The position numbers and the translations under genes are program-made. The notes under the pieces were generated by a model that worked only from the letters and a program-made list of their open reading frames with translations, was not told the DNA's origin and did not search any database. DNA of 45,775 bases from an uncultured bacterium (GTDB lineage: Bacteria; SAR324; NAC60-12): contig CBFIJD010000008.1 of NCBI GenBank assembly GCA_965662845.1, positions 47,476 through 93,250 of the forward strand, written 5' to 3'. How positions within the stretch are numbered: the stretch's first letter is position 1; each line of letters starts with the position of its first letter. Positions 41,285-45,775 of the stretch are shown here, one piece after another.

Positions 41285-42532
41285 ATGCGCGAACAGTTTG
41301 GTTTTTTGCCGACTCACACCCTCAAGCGGGAACCAACCTCCCCAGAGGTAGAGGGGACATCGTTTGCTGTGCAAACAGAGCGAGACGTCTCCAGAGAGCG
41401 CGGGCCAACCCGCAGCAAGCGTGAGGAGAGAGAGCACGCACGGCCGAGCGGGGAACTCAGCGCGGTGGAAGGCTGGAGCGGCATACTTGAAAACCAGCAA
41501 AACTTGGGGCTTTGGCAACAGTCTTCGCATCCTCTGAAGCTGCAATGCTCTCTCCAGTGCCAAGAGTGGTTAGCGGTCAAGCGAGAAGACCAAGGGCTCA
41601 GCGAGCTGCTGTTGCCGCTGATGGCGCAGTCGGAACGGAGACAGTTTCTGCAATTGTGGGAGTCTTCTATTCGACAGCAAGGCGCTGCGCACATGACATT
41701 TGTCAATGAAGCGTTCCGGTGGGAAGTGGGGTGGCAAGTGCAGAAGATCCCAGCCACAGGCGCTCTGCTACAAGGCTATCTCAAGCGCACTCCCTTAGAA
41801 CAACACGTCGGGCATTGGCAACAAAAAGTGCAGCAGCTGGAGCGCAATCAGCGGCTCTTGCGAGACCTGTTAGACAGCGTGGCCCATGACGTAAGAGGGC
41901 CCCTCTCGCGTCTTCGATTGCGCTTGCAGAGCGCCTTTGGATTGCAGCGCCCCGAACAGTTTCACAGTACGGTGGCTTCCTTGATTAGTGAAACGCAGCA
42001 CATTCAAAACTTGCTGGAGGCCTATTTTCAACAGCCTGACCCAGAGAACCCATTCGCTGAATTAGATCTAAACCAGATTGACTTAGGAGTCCTCCTGAGA
42101 GAAGTCACCACGGCATTCCAAGTGACGGCCGAGGAGCGACAAGTCAAATTGGGACTAGATTTGTTGGAGGAAGAACTCAGCGTGTGTGCCGACGCGACGA
42201 AGCTGCGACAAGTGTTCTCGAATTTGCTGCAAAACGCGCTGCAACACACTGCGGCAGGGGGAACCGTCACCTGCCGAGTCTCTCAAGTGCAGGAAAACTG
42301 GGTGACCGTGGAAGTGCGAGACACGGGCTGCGGCATCGCCTCCTATCTCTTGCCACGCATCTTCGAAAAATATGTTCGTGGGGCGCATCGCCAGCCGGGT
42401 TCGGGGCTAGGGCTCTTTATTGCGCGCTCCATCGTGCAGGCTCATGGAGGGCTCATCAAGGCGCAGAGTCGGTTGCAGGAGGGGACGATCTTCGTGGTGC
42501 GGTTGCCTAAATTTCGGATCAGTCGGGATTAG
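41285..42532 (+). CDS. Cytoplasmic sensor histidine kinase
   Basis: VAHDVRGPL H-box, KLRQVFSNLLQNA, DTGCGI, IFE.Y and GSGLGL.IA..IV.AHGG. No TM segment seen. Confidence 0.9.
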   Translation: MREQFGFLPTHTLKREPTSPEVEGTSFAVQTERDVSRERGPTRSKREEREHARPSGELSAVEGWSGILENQQNLGLWQQSSHPLKLQCSLQCQEWLAVKREDQGLSELLLPLMAQSERRQFLQLWESSIRQQGAAHMTFVNEAFRWEVGWQVQKIPATGALLQGYLKRTPLEQHVGHWQQKVQQLERNQRLLRDLLDSVAHDVRGPLSRLRLRLQSAFGLQRPEQFHSTVASLISETQHIQNLLEAYFQQPDPENPFAELDLNQIDLGVLLREVTTAFQVTAEERQVKLGLDLLEEELSVCADATKLRQVFSNLLQNALQHTAAGGTVTCRVSQVQENWVTVEVRDTGCGIASYLLPRIFEKYVRGAHRQPGSGLGLFIARSIVQAHGGLIKAQSRLQEGTIFVVRLPKFRISRD

Positions 42533-42705
42533 AGCGGAGGAGACGCGGCCGCTCTCCAAATACAGGGAGGGAGATTTGATTTAGAGAGATCGGTCCGCGC
42601 TGTGGGGGTATGACATCCTTCTCAAAGGATGAAAGAAACTTAACATGCAGGATCTGATGACGTTTCAATATTTCTGTAGAAAAAATGTAAACCTGTGATA
42701 CCTCT

Positions 42706-42733
42706 CGCGGAGCGGAGCATCCCTCCGCGTTTT
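42706..42733 (+). terminator. Rho-independent terminator
   Basis: CGCGGAG-c-GGA-gca-TCC-CTCCGCG followed by TTTT. Confidence 0.6.
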
Positions 42734-42741
42734 GGGACGCA

Positions 42742-43203
42742 TTAGATGCGCTCATTTTGCAGAGGTTTCAGCACACATCCTCCAATTTTCCACTCGCCAG
42801 ATTCTTGTCGTTCCATCTGATACATCGCCTGAAACACGACCCCGTCCAAGTCGGTGAGCCTGACGATTTGCAGCCACGCTCCGAAGTGACTGTGCAAATC
42901 TTGGAACTCGACTTGAGTGGGTTGTCGGAGCACATTGTAGCCGCTGATGACCATCTTCATGAAGGTGTCTGAGTCTGGAAACCGTTGCTGAATGCCGGGA
43001 GCGGCATACGAATAGGCCGTTTGGGCGTCGCCTCTGCGGAAAGCGTCTAGCTGACCTTCAATCGCCTGTTTGATGGCGGCTTGGTCTTGCGCTTCTGTCG
43101 CGGTCGCTGGCTGGTCAGCGCGAGCTGACGGTCCGTAGGCGAAGGTGACCGTCGCAGGAAGGCTCAGTAAGGCAACAAAGCCGAGGAGGAAGTATTTGCG
43201 CAT
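42742..43203 (-). CDS. DUF4864-like secreted protein
   Basis: Signal peptide, I...I..QL.AF...D...AY.YA.P.I...F.....F..MV..GY, and Y.M.....G.W.I.GC. ATG at 43203. Confidence 0.8.
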   Translation of the reverse strand: MRKYFLLGFVALLSLPATVTFAYGPSARADQPATATEAQDQAAIKQAIEGQLDAFRRGDAQTAYSYAAPGIQQRFPDSDTFMKMVISGYNVLRQPTQVEFQDLHSHFGAWLQIVRLTDLDGVVFQAMYQMERQESGEWKIGGCVLKPLQNERI

Positions 43204-43386
43204 GAATTGCTCCGAAAGTGAGAGGTTTCTATTCTCAAGAGAAATTCGTAAGGACACGAAGATCCTTTTCAGAAATTCTCTCGTAAATACACGGTTTGTT
43301 CTGCCGTGTCATACCCTGCTGCACAGCCGAATCCAAAGGCGTAAGCGGCACGCATTCTCTGGGACTCTTTGACGTGAATCAACATT

Positions 43387-44745
43387 ATGACGAATCCATC
43401 TTATCGGGTTGTGATTGTGGGCTCGGGCCCGTCCGCTTTTTACGCAGCCTCTGAATTGTTGCGCCAGACCGAGCCGGAGATCTCGGTTGATCTGCTAGAA
43501 CGCTTGCCCACGCCATACGGTCTAGTCCGGGGGGGAGTGGCTCCAGATCATCAGAAGATCAAATCGGTCACCAAAATTTATGAACGCACAGCACAGCATC
43601 CGCGGTTTCGCTTCTTTGGAAACGTAGAATTTGGAAGAGACGTCACGCGCCAAGAGCTCTTGGAGCGCTATGACGCGATTTTGTACGCCGTTGGTTGCCG
43701 CTCTGACAAACGCTTAGGCATCCCAGGCGAAGACTTGGCTGGCAGCTTTCCTGCGACTCAATTTGTGGGATGGTACAACGGGCACCCTGATTACCAGCAC
43801 CTGACCTTTGACCTGTCTGTGAAAAGTGTCGCGATTGTGGGCATGGGGAATGTGGCCGTCGACTGCGCCCGGATTTTGTCACAAGACCCCGAAGAGCTCG
43901 CCAAGACAGACATCGCTGACCAGGCGCTGGAGGCCTTGCGCACAAGTCAGGTCGAAAACGTCTATCTCATTGGGCGGCGTGGTCCTGTGCAAGCGGCCTT
44001 TACTCCGGTCGAAGTCCGCGAGTTGTTGCACCTACCCAAAGCTGATGCGCTTGTGCGTGATCAGGACCTGCAGCTCGACCCAGCTAGCCAGCGCGAACTC
44101 GAGCAGGCTTCCCGTCAAACGCAACAAAATCTTGAGATTCTTCGGCAGATCCAAGCCCGCGGAGCCACAGGCAAACCTCGCAAATTGCACATCTTGTTTT
44201 GTGAGTCGCCCCAACAACTGCTCGGCACCGAGCGCGTGGAACAACTCGAGCTAGTTCGCAACGAGCTGGTGGAAGAACACGGTCGCATCCGCGCTCAAGC
44301 GACCGCTCACGTCTCTAGGCTGGAGGTGGGCTTGGTGTTGCGTTCCATCGGCTACAACGGAGATGCGCTCCCTGACGTCCCTTTTGACGCCAAACGCGGC
44401 GTGCTGCCCAACGCAGGCGGGCAGTTGTTGGACGCGCCAGACGGAGACTTGTTAGCGCACGAATATGTGGCGGGCTGGATCAAGCGGGGCCCCAGCGGCG
44501 TGATTGGCACCAACAAACAATGCGCCGTAGAGACGGTGCAGCGCATGTTAGGGAATTTGGCCACGCCCAAAACGCGGACAGACGATCTCGCGAGCCTGTT
44601 GCAATCGCGGGGGGTGCCGGCGGTCAGCTTTGCAGACTGGAAGAAGCTGGATGAATATGAAGTCCAGCGCGGCCAGCCGTCAGGGCGACCTCGACGCAAA
44701 GTGACGTCTGTAGAGGAAATGCTCCGAATCATCCAAAACGTCTGA
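43387..44745 (+). CDS. Ferredoxin-NADP+ reductase, adrenodoxin-reductase/FprA type
   Basis: VGSGPSAFYAA, PTPYGLVR.GVAPDH..IK, FVGWYNGHPD, G.GNVA.D.AR, GRRGP.QAAFT, SIGY and GWIKRGPSGVIGTN. Confidence 0.93.
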   Translation: MTNPSYRVVIVGSGPSAFYAASELLRQTEPEISVDLLERLPTPYGLVRGGVAPDHQKIKSVTKIYERTAQHPRFRFFGNVEFGRDVTRQELLERYDAILYAVGCRSDKRLGIPGEDLAGSFPATQFVGWYNGHPDYQHLTFDLSVKSVAIVGMGNVAVDCARILSQDPEELAKTDIADQALEALRTSQVENVYLIGRRGPVQAAFTPVEVRELLHLPKADALVRDQDLQLDPASQRELEQASRQTQQNLEILRQIQARGATGKPRKLHILFCESPQQLLGTERVEQLELVRNELVEEHGRIRAQATAHVSRLEVGLVLRSIGYNGDALPDVPFDAKRGVLPNAGGQLLDAPDGDLLAHEYVAGWIKRGPSGVIGTNKQCAVETVQRMLGNLATPKTRTDDLASLLQSRGVPAVSFADWKKLDEYEVQRGQPSGRPRRKVTSVEEMLRIIQNV

Positions 44746-44754
44746 AAATAAAGC

Positions 44755-44783
44755 TTGCACTCCAAAATAGAGCGAGGCATGCT
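44755..44783 (+). promoter_or_regulatory. Putative tRNA promoter
   Basis: TTGCAC, 17-bp spacer, CATGCT, about 55 bp upstream of the tRNA. Confidence 0.4.
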
Positions 44784-44836
44784 TTTCGGCTTTCGCATTT
44801 CTTCTTCCTTCCTTTTGCGAAGATCTCCTCTCTTTT

Positions 44837-44913
44837 GGCAGGGTAGCTCAGTTGGTGAGAGCGCGGGATTCATAACCCCGAGGTCGGGAGTTCAAATCTC
44901 CCTCCTGCTACCA
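44837..44913 (+). tRNA. tRNA-Met (CAT), elongator type
   Basis: 77 nt. Acceptor stem GGCAGGG/TCCTGCT, D-arm TAGCTCAGTTGGTGAGAGC, anticodon loop TT-CAT-AA, T-arm GGGAG-TTCAAAT-CTCCC, encoded CCA. G1 start argues against initiator tRNA; Ile2 is less likely but not excluded. Confidence 0.95.
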
Positions 44914-45028
44914 TTTCACCACTCTCGTTGCAGCCACCTCCGCTTCCCTTGAACAAGCACAAGACCGCACAGCGCTCGAATTTGCAGACGTTTTGCTCCC
45001 GCCTTTCGTTGCAAAGACTCCCCTCCCT

Positions 45029-45139
45029 GCCGTGGCCGACAAGATCCCTAACAACGCCCTAGAAGAAGATCCCAAGCTGCTCATGTGGTTTGACCACGAC
45101 GTTACTCGGCTTGGGCAAGGGGCCAGCGATGAGAGATGA
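45029..45139 (+). pseudogene. 3' remnant of a large DNA methyltransferase (recalled as BREX type-3 PglXI-like)
   Basis: AVADKIPNNALEEDPKLLMWFDHDVTRLG...* resembles, from memory, the C-terminal KIP...L.EDPKLLMWYD...TR.G motif of that family. No start or 5' part is present. Confidence 0.45.
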
Positions 45140-45151
45140 GGGGCCAGAATG

Positions 45152-45269
45152 GTAGGGGCAGGCACGGGGGACTGCCCTGATTTCGGGCAACCACAAACGC
45201 GGAAAACACGGGCAACCACAAACGCGGTCATCTCCGGCCCAGTAAGGGCGAAACGCCTTTCGCCCCTAC
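45152..45269. repeat. GTAG-family REP-like palindromes plus a 19-bp direct repeat
   Basis: GTAG-GGGCAG...CTGCCC (45152-45177), CGGGCAACCACAAACGCGG twice (45184-45202, 45209-45227), and GTAAGGGCGAAA-cgcc-TTTCGCCCCTAC (45242-45269). Confidence 0.7.
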
Positions 45270-45414
45270 CGATAGTTTTCGTTCCGAATGGTCGCAATGA
45301 GTAAGAATTTAGTTGAGTGTTTCTATGACAAAGAGTAGGAACGTAGCATTTCGCAAAGTAGCGAAGTCTGGGCGTGGGACTCGGCCTGTTGATGCCAAGC
45401 AATAAGAAACTAAC

Positions 45415-45475
45415 GTATAACAAGGCGTTCAAGCAAGGACGCAGCATAGCTGCGCCGCTTAGCTGTGCGTTCGCT
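45415..45475 (+). mobile_element. attC: Integron attC site (59-base element)
   Basis: R'' GTATAAC, 5 bp, L'' GTTCAAGC (extra C), aaGG-A-CGCAGC-ata-GCTGCG-CC, L' GCTTAGC, 5 bp, R' GTTCGCT. 61 bp. Confidence 0.8.
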
Positions 45476-45506
45476 GCATGAATAGAAAACATAACGGAGT
45501 CGAAAT

Positions 45507-45775
45507 TTGAACAAACGAAAGCGAATAGCCATAAGCCTTTTCTCGGGAGCCGGCGGCATGGATGTCGGCGTACGGGATGCGGGCTTCAATATTCTCGCTG
45601 AAATTGAGTTCGACCAGCACTGCTGTGCTACTCTTGAGGCTAACGCAGAAGCACAAGGGTATGGATCAAAAGTCATTCATGCTGACATACGAAATATCTG
45701 TCCAAAGCAATTGATGAGCGATTTATCCGTAAAGAAGGGTGAACTTGACTTGCTTTTCGGTGGTCCACCTTGCCA
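45507..45775 (+). CDS. DNA (cytosine-5)-methyltransferase, 5' part (runs off the window)
   Basis: TTG start after GGAG. ISLFSGAGGMDVG (motif I), EIEFD (II), ADI (III) and DLLFGGPPC (catalytic motif IV). Not in the ORF track. Confidence 0.93.
   Translation, partial: MNKRKRIAISLFSGAGGMDVGVRDAGFNILAEIEFDQHCCATLEANAEAQGYGSKVIHADIRNICPKQLMSDLSVKKGELDLLFGGPPC

Noticed and set aside
42533..42705. GGA-rich spacer as a CsrB-like sRNA
   Set aside because: The GGA motifs are mostly not in hairpin loops and no promoter was found; too weak to call.
45046..45065. CCCTAAC as a second attC R'' box
   Set aside because: No matching L'/R' half at a suitable distance, and it lies within the methylase-like remnant.
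45184..45227. 19-bp direct repeats as a CRISPR array
   Set aside because: Only two copies with a 6-bp spacer and no cas genes; better explained as REP-derived.
44908..45492. 194-aa minus-strand ORF after the tRNA
   Set aside because: Crosses the REPs, attC and tRNA end, and has no integrase or other motifs.

Overview
Bacterial chromosomal window of roughly 55-60% GC by eye. The housekeeping and flagellar genes look Deltaproteobacteria/SAR324-like, which is an inference rather than a search result. Left end: truA, trxA, a SiaC/DUF1987 gene and a decayed PP2C/SpoIIE-like fragment. Next is a CbbR-regulated Calvin-cycle operon (cbbR divergent from cbbF-P-T-K-A, then an IS630-type HTH gene, then cbbE) with no RuBisCO or GAPDH gene. 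It is followed directly by a complete Na+-NQR locus (nqrABCDEF-nqrM-apbE). The middle holds an Omp85-like protein, an orphan RND transporter, a PAS histidine kinase, and a candidate unannotated ~185-nt structured RNA with its own promoter. A long minus-strand run follows: waaA, a small lipoprotein, ispE, a lytic transglycosylase, fliL-fliL-fliN-fliO-fliP-fliQ, a GTPase, metC, a second fliN-like gene, gloB and anmK. After that come an FGE-fold protein, a divergent response regulator/kinase pair, a DUF4864-like protein and a ferredoxin-NADP+ reductase. The window ends at tRNA-Met(CAT), followed by a decayed defence/mobile hotspot: a probable DNA methylase 3' remnant, REP-like palindromes, an integron attC site and the start of a C5 cytosine methyltransferase.
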